DNA of 64,000 nt from Spirochaetia bacterium (GTDB taxonomy: Bacteria; Spirochaetota; Spirochaetia; UBA9216), in NCBI GenBank assembly GCA_965140585.1, contig OZ223268.1, forward strand, positions 32,001-96,000, given 5' to 3'. The notes under the pieces are model-generated. The model was given only the letters and a program-made list of their open reading frames with translations. It did no database searches and had not been told where the DNA came from. Positions 9,475-17,711 of this stretch are shown in pieces; positions within the stretch are counted from its first letter, which is position 1, and the number at the start of each line of letters is the position of its first letter. Both the position numbers and the translations under genes were made by a program.

Positions 9475-11175
9475 TTATTCGGTACTGATATTTTTCACAA
9501 AGATCTTTATTACAAGCATTGCCGCACTGACTATCACGATCAGCAGTGTACAGTATGCTGATGCTACTCCCATTTTACCGACATCAATCTGAGCCATAAT
9601 GGTTGTAGTCAGTAGCTTGTATCTGGCTGAAATAAGAAAGATAACTGTACTAACCAGGGTCATACTTCTGGCGAATGTAAAGATAAGGCCGTTGAGAAAG
9701 GCGTTTTTAATCATCGGGATTGTAATGCTCGTAAAAACTTTCCGGCTGGAAGCGCCGAGGACATTGGCGGCTTCCTCTATGGAAGGATCAATCTGCTGCA
9801 GAGAAGTGATTCCTGAACGAACACCGACTGGGAGACTTCTTATAATGAATGCCATGATAATTATAAAGGCCGTACCCGTGATAGGCGGTATAAGCGTCAG
9901 GCCGAATATACTGTAGGTTTTATTGTAGCTGATAACATACCCCAGACCAATAATTGTTCCGGGAATGGCAAGGGCCATTATAGTTGTAAACTCTATAAAC
10001 GATTTTCCGAAGAATTTTTTCCTGACAATCAGGAAGGCTATAATCATTGCAAGTATTCCCGACACCGGAGTGGCTATTGCCGACAGCATAGTTGTGGTAA
10101 GAACAGGCTGAAAGAGTTTCGGTTTAAAAACATACCTGTAATGATCGAGTGTAGGCGTATAGTTAACACCCCATAGTTTTACAAAGGAACCTATGGGAAT
10201 GAGTACATACATGAGTATTACAAAGAGAGTAACTATCAGCAGAATTATTGTTGCAGGTAGGGTGACGTTCCGGCTTGTCACAAGGTCGCGGTGTCTTGAA
10301 ACCTTGCCGGTAACCGTAACATATGACTTCTTGCTTACATAGTATTTCTGAAGGACAAAGATGGATATCGAAATTGAAAGCAGAACCATTGCAAGCGCAG
10401 TTGCCGTCCCGAACTGATAATTACCGATTCCCTCCTGATAAATCTTCACAGCTACAGTCGTAAAGTTTCCGCCGATAACTACCGGATTTGCAAAATCGGC
10501 AATCGACTGTATAAAAACAAGAAGAAAGGCGTTTGCAAGTCCCGGGACAGTAAGCGGAAGAGTAACTGATGTGAAAACCCTGAAACGTGATGCTCCCAGA
10601 TCCCTGGAAGCCTCCTCTACTGAGGGGTCAATCCGCTGCAGAAGAGCTACCAGCATCATGTATGCAATAGGAAAGAAGCTTAGCGACTGTACAAGCACCA
10701 GGCCGTGAAAGCCGTAGATTTCGGCATCCTTGATTCCGAACAGGCCGCGGGTTATAAGACCGACACGTCCGAAGAGAAGAATGGCGGAGAGAGCTACAAC
10801 GAAGGGCGGAGAAATAATTGGCAGAACGGCTATAAAATCGAAAATCTTTTTAAACCTTATTTTCAGGTAGGTCGTCGCATACGCAAAAATAAAGCCTACA
10901 ATTACTGAAATTGTAGATGTGACAGCACCCAGGAAAACTGTATTTACAAGGATGCGGACGTTTCCGTACATTGAAAATACAGCCTTGTAGTTTTCAAAAA
11001 TATTAGCTGTCTTTGTTGTCAGACTTTCGACAATGATATTGTACAGAGGGATTATTATAAAAAAGGTTACCAATGCAAGGGTGAATATAATAACAGCAAG
11101 CAGCGCCGGATCGTTTTTCAGACTTGCAAGGATCTTGAGTTCACTCTGAAGTTTCAGTTTTCTGGAGTTTTTCAT
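9475..11175 (-). CDS. ABC permease, FbpB/AfuB family (fused duplicate)
   Basis: Two EAA loops (EEASRDLGAS, EEAANVLGAS); about 12 TM. Confidence 0.93.
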   Translation of the reverse strand: MKNSRKLKLQSELKILASLKNDPALLAVIIFTLALVTFFIIIPLYNIIVESLTTKTANIFENYKAVFSMYGNVRILVNTVFLGAVTSTISVIVGFIFAYATTYLKIRFKKIFDFIAVLPIISPPFVVALSAILLFGRVGLITRGLFGIKDAEIYGFHGLVLVQSLSFFPIAYMMLVALLQRIDPSVEEASRDLGASRFRVFTSVTLPLTVPGLANAFLLVFIQSIADFANPVVIGGNFTTVAVKIYQEGIGNYQFGTATALAMVLLSISISIFVLQKYYVSKKSYVTVTGKVSRHRDLVTSRNVTLPATIILLIVTLFVILMYVLIPIGSFVKLWGVNYTPTLDHYRYVFKPKLFQPVLTTTMLSAIATPVSGILAMIIAFLIVRKKFFGKSFIEFTTIMALAIPGTIIGLGYVISYNKTYSIFGLTLIPPITGTAFIIIMAFIIRSLPVGVRSGITSLQQIDPSIEEAANVLGASSRKVFTSITIPMIKNAFLNGLIFTFARSMTLVSTVIFLISARYKLLTTTIMAQIDVGKMGVASAYCTLLIVIVSAAMLVIKIFVKNISTE

Positions 11176-11197
11176 TATTGCTCCTGATATATTGTAT

Positions 11198-11229
11198 GGA
11201 AAACCGGAAGCCCGACTGGAGCCTCCGGT
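11198..11229 (-). terminator. Hairpin between binding-protein and permease genes (partial terminator/mRNA stabiliser)
   Basis: Minus strand ACCGGAGGC-9 nt-GCTTCCGGT followed by a short T run. Confidence 0.55.
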
Positions 11230-11249
11230 AAATCTTTTTATTGAAAATC

Positions 11250-12293
11250 CTACTCGGTAGGTGCTGTTGTGCTTGTTTCAAGACTGAAACGCTCAACAAG
11301 ACGTTTTTTGTTTTCACCTGCCCACTGGAAGTTGTAGTCAATAAGCTTGGTATCCTTTATCGGCATGGCTTCTTCAGGCGGAAGAGCATCCTTATTTGTA
11401 AGGAACTGGAAAGATCCTACAGTCTTGCCCATTTCCTGAACTCTTTTTGTAAGAACCCAGTCTATGAACATCTTTGCATTTTCCTGATCAGGTCCGTTCT
11501 TAAGAAGTGCAACACCTCCTATTTCATAACCTGTCCCCTCAAGAGGAGCAGAAATTATAATATCCTTGTATCCTTCCTTTTTATACTTGATAGCATCATG
11601 CAGGAAGGTAATTCCAACAGTTGTTTCACCAAGACCGGCCATTCTGCCCGGTGCAGTACCTGATTTGGTGTACTGTCTTACATTCTGGTTGAATTTTTTA
11701 AAGTATTCCATTGCCTGGTCCTCACCCATCATCTGAACGAGTGTAGCAAGCATAGTATAAGCTGTTCCTGATGAACCCGGATGTGCAACTACAATTTCCT
11801 GATTGTATTCAGGCTTTAGCATATCCGCCCATGAAGTCGGCATTTTAAGACCTTTCTCGGCAAGCATTGCCTGGTTTCCTACGAAGCCGAGGTAGCCGAT
11901 GTAGATACCGGTCCATACACCGTTGGGATCCTTGAATCCGTCGCGTATGTTTACAGCTTCAGGAGAAATATAGTGTTCAATTATACCTTCCTGATCTGCA
12001 GCAACAATACCGTCAACCGGACCGCCGTACCATACTGAGGCTGTCATATTGTCTTTTTCAGCCTTAAGTCTGGCAAGAATTTCACCGCTGCTCATTCGGA
12101 CAAATTCGGTCTCGACACCGAATTCAGCTTCGAATTCCTCAGCAATCATAGCGGCATGGTCTTCCTGAAGACCCGCATAGAAAACAAGTTTTCCTTTATC
12201 CTCTGAAGCTGCTTCCTGTGAACCGCCTGCAAATACGGCAGCAGAAGCCATAATAAACAGCACAAGGGTAAGAGCTGTCATTTTTTTTAACAT
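11250..12293 (-). CDS. ABC substrate-binding protein, AfuA/FbpA-like (Fe3+ or sugar-phosphate class)
   Basis: Signal AVFAGGSQE; RMSSGE, HPGSSGTAY, YTKSG, GTGYEIGG; RBS AAGGAGG. Confidence 0.9.
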   Translation of the reverse strand: MLKKMTALTLVLFIMASAAVFAGGSQEAASEDKGKLVFYAGLQEDHAAMIAEEFEAEFGVETEFVRMSSGEILARLKAEKDNMTASVWYGGPVDGIVAADQEGIIEHYISPEAVNIRDGFKDPNGVWTGIYIGYLGFVGNQAMLAEKGLKMPTSWADMLKPEYNQEIVVAHPGSSGTAYTMLATLVQMMGEDQAMEYFKKFNQNVRQYTKSGTAPGRMAGLGETTVGITFLHDAIKYKKEGYKDIIISAPLEGTGYEIGGVALLKNGPDQENAKMFIDWVLTKRVQEMGKTVGSFQFLTNKDALPPEEAMPIKDTKLIDYNFQWAGENKKRLVERFSLETSTTAPTE

Positions 12294-12366
12294 TTCATAT
12301 CCTCCTTAATGATATTATAAATACTATAAATCAGGAGTATCGAATTGGAAACTGCAGGGAATCAAT

Positions 12367-12405
12367 TGTAACCATACTGTTACGGCATTGTAACCCTATT
12401 GTAAC
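12367..12405. promoter_or_regulatory. Four direct repeats TGTWAC at 11-bp period (OmpR/PhoB-type boxes)
   Basis: TGTAAC 12367, TGTTAC 12378, TGTAAC 12389, TGTAAC 12400. Confidence 0.8.
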
Positions 12406-12489
12406 TTGCAAAAACAGCTTATCCGTGTTCAGACAGCATCAATAAAAAAAATATAGACATAGAAACAATTAACTGTACAATAATAGATA

Positions 12490-13737
12490 ATGTTCAGCCG
12501 GTTCAATCAGCAGGATAAGCTGCGTACAACTGTAAATATAAGCCGCCTTGCAAGGCTTCCGCTCCAGACTTCAGCTGCAGCTCTTTATTTTTATGCGGTA
12601 CTCAGTCAGCAACGAATAATCTATGCAGTCCTTGTAATAGTCAGCGCCGCATACTTTACCTTCTATTTATTCTGCAGCCTGACCAGACAGTATCACCTGC
12701 TTAACAGTCATGCGACATCTATTCCGGACATGCTTATTACCGGAGCTTTAATGCTGTTCATTTCACCCTTTTTAATGCTGCCCTTCGTATATATCCTCAC
12801 TGCCGAACTGGTTCTTGAGAAACAGCACCGGAATGTCATTATAATTTTTACAGTGCTTACATCAGCTGCAATGATTTTTCAGCTGATTTACGGAGGCCGG
12901 TTTTTATTTCTCGCCTTTCTGCTGCCGGCAGTCTGCGCGCAGATCGGTGTCGCTATAATTCTTTACATTCAGAACAGCACAAATAAAACTAAATATGAAT
13001 ACATGAAGAAGCTTGTAGACAATAAAAACAAGCTGCTTTCAACGCTCACACATGAACTCAGAACTCCCCTCTCTGTGATAAAAACCTCAAATGAGCTGAT
13101 AATGGAGGAGAGACCGGGCCCCATTAACGATACGCAGAAAGCGCTTATTCATTCATCCATCGAAAATACCAAAAGACTTAACGCTCTGGTGGAAAACATC
13201 CTCTCACAGGTAAAGGTTGAGTTCGCCTGGTTTTCGATGAAGCATCAGCCTATTGATATTAGAAATATAATCAGGAAAACAGTACTGGATATTAAACCCT
13301 ATCTCGATACCAGAGGGCAGAAACTGAAATATAATTATCCCTCACTGATGTCAAAGACAATCGGAGACAGAAAATGGCTTGAACAGGTACTGCTTAATCT
13401 TATCCATAACGGAAGCAAAAACAGTCCCGAGGGTTCCGAACTGCTGATTTCCGTTCAGGAAAACGAACAGTGCATTGTCGTTTCTGTTCATGACAGGGGG
13501 TCGGGAATAGAAAACAGAGAGATACCGCATGTGTTCAATGAGTTCTACCAGTCAACTGATCCCTCAAAAAACCTGAACGACGGTGCAGGACTCGGTCTTA
13601 CAATAGTAAAAGATATAATAGAACGCCATAAGGGCGAGGTATACATAAGTTCCATGCCGAATGCCGGAACAACTGTCTCATTCACCCTCCCCCTCTATAA
13701 AGGAGTATTCTCTGGAACAGTCAATCCTGATAATTGA
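12490..13737 (+). CDS. Sensor histidine kinase, multi-TM without large periplasmic domain
   Basis: H-box THELRTPL, N-box NLIHNG, DRGSGI, GAGLGL. Confidence 0.93.
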   Translation: MFSRFNQQDKLRTTVNISRLARLPLQTSAAALYFYAVLSQQRIIYAVLVIVSAAYFTFYLFCSLTRQYHLLNSHATSIPDMLITGALMLFISPFLMLPFVYILTAELVLEKQHRNVIIIFTVLTSAAMIFQLIYGGRFLFLAFLLPAVCAQIGVAIILYIQNSTNKTKYEYMKKLVDNKNKLLSTLTHELRTPLSVIKTSNELIMEERPGPINDTQKALIHSSIENTKRLNALVENILSQVKVEFAWFSMKHQPIDIRNIIRKTVLDIKPYLDTRGQKLKYNYPSLMSKTIGDRKWLEQVLLNLIHNGSKNSPEGSELLISVQENEQCIVVSVHDRGSGIENREIPHVFNEFYQSTDPSKNLNDGAGLGLTIVKDIIERHKGEVYISSMPNAGTTVSFTLPLYKGVFSGTVNPDN

Positions 13738-14398
13738 AGACGACCCGCACCTTGTAACAATTCTGGACTTTCTGATGAAGGATGAGGGATACAGCACCCT
13801 TACTGCCGGAAGCGGAGAAGAAGGCCTTAAAATAATCCGGGAGAATATTGTTGATCTTGTGATACTGGATATTAATCTGCCGGGGATCAACGGCCTTGAA
13901 GTCTGCGACCGGATAAAGGAAATGACTCAAATTCCGGTAGTCTTTCTAAGCGCAAGGGATCAGGACAGCGATGTTGTTTCAGGGCTGGAAACCGGAGGTG
14001 ATGACTATATCAGAAAGCCCTTCAACCACCGGGAGCTGATACTAAGGGTGAAAAAGCTGCTGAAAAGATCCCGGCCGCAGAATGATCAAAGTATTATTGA
14101 AACCGGACTTCTGACGATTAAGACAGACAGAGAACAGGTATTCTTTGATTCAAAAGAAATAAAACTGACGCCCATGGAATACCGGCTTCTTGAAGTACTT
14201 GGAAGGAAGCTGGACTGGGTAATATCATGGCAGGTTCTTCTTAAGGAAGCCTGGGGATATGAAGACTGGGACGGCGGGCGTGAGATAATCAAGGTTAATA
14301 TACGCAGACTGAGAATTAAAATTGAGCCGGATCCGGCTCAGCCTGTATACCTGCTGACCGAACGCGGCCGCGGATATAAACTTGCGAGGATTAAATGA
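13661..14398 (+). CDS. OmpR/PhoB-family response regulator (true start possibly CTG at 13712)
   Basis: IIEDD, LDINLP, DDYIRKPF, winged-helix VNIRRLR...RGRGY. Confidence 0.93.
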   Translation: MPEQLSHSPSPSIKEYSLEQSILIIEDDPHLVTILDFLMKDEGYSTLTAGSGEEGLKIIRENIVDLVILDINLPGINGLEVCDRIKEMTQIPVVFLSARDQDSDVVSGLETGGDDYIRKPFNHRELILRVKKLLKRSRPQNDQSIIETGLLTIKTDREQVFFDSKEIKLTPMEYRLLEVLGRKLDWVISWQVLLKEAWGYEDWDGGREIIKVNIRRLRIKIEPDPAQPVYLLTERGRGYKLARIK

Positions 14399-15480
14399 AA
14401 GACTATCTTCAGCTTAGCGGCATCACAAAGGTCTTTAATCCCGGCAAACAAAACGAGGTGACAGCCCTTGAAGATATTGATCTGAGAGTCAGAGAGGGAG
14501 AGTTTGTAACTATACTCGGACCTTCAGGCTGCGGAAAAACTACAGCCCTCCGAATAATTGCCGGTTTCGAAATACCCACAGCTGGGGATGTCTTCATTGA
14601 CGGCGATAATGTGGCAAAGCTGACCCCCGATCGCAGGGACACATCGATGGTTTTTCAGAACTATGCGCTTTTTCCGCACCTTACAGTATTTGAAAATATT
14701 GCGTACGGCCTGAAGATTAGAAGCCTTTCCAGAGATGTAATCCGCAACGATGTGGCAATGGCCTGCCAGGTGGTTAATATGGTGGGGATGGAAAAGCGCT
14801 TTCCGGGAGACCTGTCCGGTGGTCAGCAGCAGAGGGTTGCCCTTGCCCGGGCCCTTGTGATGAAGCCGAAGATGATTCTTTTTGATGAACCATTATCCAA
14901 CCTTGATCTGAAACTGAGACTACAGACCCGGACCGAAATAAAACGTATACAGCAGCTGCTTGGAATGACAATCCTGTATGTAACTCATGACCAGTCTGAA
15001 GCCTTAAGCATGTCTGATCATGTAATAATCATGAACCATGGGAAAATCATCCAGACAGGGACTCCGGAGGAAATCTACAACAACCCGGCTAATTCCTTTG
15101 TAGCCGATTTTATCGGAAACGCGAATTTCATTTCTGCAGTAGTTGAAGAAACCGAGGGCCGAAGGGTGACCGTCCGACTTGGGAAGAGACTCATCATCAT
15201 AGAACAGGAAACCCCAGCGGAATCATTCTCGGAAGGCGAAGAAATATATCTGGCAATTAAGCCTGAAGCTGTGCATTTTTCAGATTCAAAAACAGATTTT
15301 TCAGGAATCGTAGAAGTAAAATCATTTATCGGACCGTACACCGAGTACAAGATTGAATTTGAGGGTTCATTTATAAACGTCTACCTGCCTAATCAGGGCG
15401 CAGATATGAAGATTTACCGGCCCGGGGACAGAGTATATATGGTTTTCGATAACAGCCGATTCCATATCTACAAGAAATAG
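14395..15480 (+). CDS. Second FbpC/AfuC-family ABC ATPase, in the two-component operon
   Basis: GPSGCGKT, LSGGQQQRV, ILFDEP, YVTHD; ATGA overlap with regulator. Confidence 0.93.
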   Translation: MKDYLQLSGITKVFNPGKQNEVTALEDIDLRVREGEFVTILGPSGCGKTTALRIIAGFEIPTAGDVFIDGDNVAKLTPDRRDTSMVFQNYALFPHLTVFENIAYGLKIRSLSRDVIRNDVAMACQVVNMVGMEKRFPGDLSGGQQQRVALARALVMKPKMILFDEPLSNLDLKLRLQTRTEIKRIQQLLGMTILYVTHDQSEALSMSDHVIIMNHGKIIQTGTPEEIYNNPANSFVADFIGNANFISAVVEETEGRRVTVRLGKRLIIIEQETPAESFSEGEEIYLAIKPEAVHFSDSKTDFSGIVEVKSFIGPYTEYKIEFEGSFINVYLPNQGADMKIYRPGDRVYMVFDNSRFHIYKK

Positions 15481-15547
15481 AATACACCCCCTTGCATCAA
15501 ACAGGTTCTGAAGTTACAATTTCATTTTAACATTTCATGCAATAGAC

Positions 15548-17032
15548 ATGATGCATTTTCAAAGTTCAGTAAGATCTCACAGCAGACACCATCTTGAACT
15601 GAAAACGGATTATCCGCTCGACAGGACTTCCGGAATAACAAGATACAGAACAGATTTATACTTTTTTTTTCCTAATCAGTTGAATATGAATGAAAAAGTA
15701 TTCGGGATCGGACGCATTTTAAGAAATATTAAAATGTACACCCGATTCTCTACTCCCAAGATGTCTCTGAAGATGCTCTCTGATCATACAAATGAATTAA
15801 GCCCGATACACAGAATAAGGGCTCTGCTTGAAACTCCTGAAACAGAAATGCCCAGGCAGAGAGATCCGCTGATCTATGAGCTTCAGGTTCTCTCCAATAT
15901 CTACCGTGCAGAGCTGGAAAATACCGTAGAACTCATCTCACTGGAAATCCAGAAGCAGAACAGAGAAAATACGTGCAGAAAAAAGATTGAAGATTTCATA
16001 TCTGAAATAAAAGATTTTCTGAGTGAATTCAGAAAACTGCACACCCTGTTCCTTTCGCCGAGACTCACTGATATGCAGCGCACGGCTCTTGCCTGGTGTG
16101 ATGAATCGATAAGCATTATATCAGAACGCTCTATGAACAGGTTATTTTCATCAGCTGAACTTATTGAAAAATCGGACAAAATACTTCCTGCTATTGAGAA
16201 ACTTGCAAAGAACGAGACTGCATACCGGCGCTCGATGGATTACAAATATCTGTATGACGAGTCAAACCCCAACATGGGCGAACTTCTGGCATACCGTGAA
16301 AGCATGCTCAAGAAATGGGCTCAGTCCGCTATGTATATGACCAGGGAGGAAAATCCAAACCAGAGACGCGTCGGTCATATTCTTGCGGGAACGGCCGCCG
16401 GGGTGGCAATGCTTTTTGCTGTAATAGCAACCATTTTTGCCGGTAAAATCTTTATTCCGAATACTATTCCATGGGTCCTTGTTATTATTCTTTCTTATAT
16501 CTTCAAAGACAGAATCAAGGAAGTGCTCCGTGAAGGACTTAGAAAACTCTTTCCAGTCTTCACCTCTGACCAGCATTCATTCCTCTATGATAAATACGAT
16601 GATACCAGAGTCGGTTCGGCAAGCTCGCTTGCCGAGTTTACGAAGGCCGGCAGAGTTCCGGAAGATATTCAGCGTGAAAGAAATACCGACCCCAATCCTT
16701 TTCAGTCCATCCTGCCGGAACAGGACGTTCTGCACTATCGGCGTATAATAGATTTAAACTCTAAGAAGCTTGAAAAAAATCATACCAGACTGACAGGCAT
16801 AACAGAAATATTACGATTTCAGATTGCAGACTGGCTGCGGGAAATGGATGATCCCAAAGATATTTTCTACCGCCTGGACGGACTGAAGAAAATCAAAATA
16901 AAGGGAGACAGGGTATATAAGATTCATCTTGTCATGAGTCTGAACGCCGACTTATATCATTACAGTGTCATTATGAACAGGGCGGGAATTCTGCGTATCG
17001 AGGAGCTTTCTTTACCGTCACAGTATATGTAA
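15548..17032 (+). CDS. Hypothetical protein with two adjacent TM helices between soluble domains
   Basis: 494-aa ORF; hydrophobic hairpin around aa 278-319. Confidence 0.75.
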   Translation: MMHFQSSVRSHSRHHLELKTDYPLDRTSGITRYRTDLYFFFPNQLNMNEKVFGIGRILRNIKMYTRFSTPKMSLKMLSDHTNELSPIHRIRALLETPETEMPRQRDPLIYELQVLSNIYRAELENTVELISLEIQKQNRENTCRKKIEDFISEIKDFLSEFRKLHTLFLSPRLTDMQRTALAWCDESISIISERSMNRLFSSAELIEKSDKILPAIEKLAKNETAYRRSMDYKYLYDESNPNMGELLAYRESMLKKWAQSAMYMTREENPNQRRVGHILAGTAAGVAMLFAVIATIFAGKIFIPNTIPWVLVIILSYIFKDRIKEVLREGLRKLFPVFTSDQHSFLYDKYDDTRVGSASSLAEFTKAGRVPEDIQRERNTDPNPFQSILPEQDVLHYRRIIDLNSKKLEKNHTRLTGITEILRFQIADWLREMDDPKDIFYRLDGLKKIKIKGDRVYKIHLVMSLNADLYHYSVIMNRAGILRIEELSLPSQYM

Positions 17033-17033
17033 T

Positions 17034-17708
17034 TCAATTCTCGAAGCGGAGACTCACCTGGGCATTGGATTTGTGGACTTTTCCAACCAGATCATTACCC
17101 AGACTCTGCTGTATTTTTATCCAGAAGGCGTTATTACTGACTTTCAGCTTTGAGAGATCACGGCTGGTCCAGAATTTGAGCCGGATCGGCATATCGGATA
17201 TTACATCGGCGGATGTCGGCTTTCCGGAGAGAAAACTCATCTCACCGATAAAATCACCCCGGCCGAGTATTGCAACGGTATTTATTCCGCTTTGTACATA
17301 TGCCTTTCCATCAATTACGATAAACACAGCTTCAGCCTTCACATTCTTTCTGAGTACATATCCGCTTTCGATGCTTTTATCCTGACCCATTTTCCAGAAT
17401 TTCAGAAACTCACGATGTGTCATATGAAGAAAATTGGAATTGTATATATCTTCCAGCTCTGCCGGTATTTTTACATCCCTTCTCTCAAGCAGCAGCAGGA
17501 TAATACGGTAGAGGTTTATGACAAGAAAAACACAGTTCCAGAATACAACTATAGGGTTTCCCTGTTTATTTCCGGTATAGATGAGCAGAATCTGTGCAGA
17601 TATCATAAGTATTCGCAGAATAAGAATATTTCGAACTGCCAGTCCGATTAGAGTACAGAGGTAGGCAATATTCATGATAATCAAAGTAGCTGAAAGACTG
17701 AAATCCAT
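17034..17708 (-). CDS. Popeye-like membrane protein with cyclic-nucleotide-binding domain
   Basis: 3 TM (NILILRIL...WNCVFLVINL), then cNMP fold with FIGEMSFLSGKPTSADV. Confidence 0.8.
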   Translation of the reverse strand: MDFSLSATLIIMNIAYLCTLIGLAVRNILILRILMISAQILLIYTGNKQGNPIVVFWNCVFLVINLYRIILLLLERRDVKIPAELEDIYNSNFLHMTHREFLKFWKMGQDKSIESGYVLRKNVKAEAVFIVIDGKAYVQSGINTVAILGRGDFIGEMSFLSGKPTSADVISDMPIRLKFWTSRDLSKLKVSNNAFWIKIQQSLGNDLVGKVHKSNAQVSLRFEN

Positions 17709-17711
17709 ACT

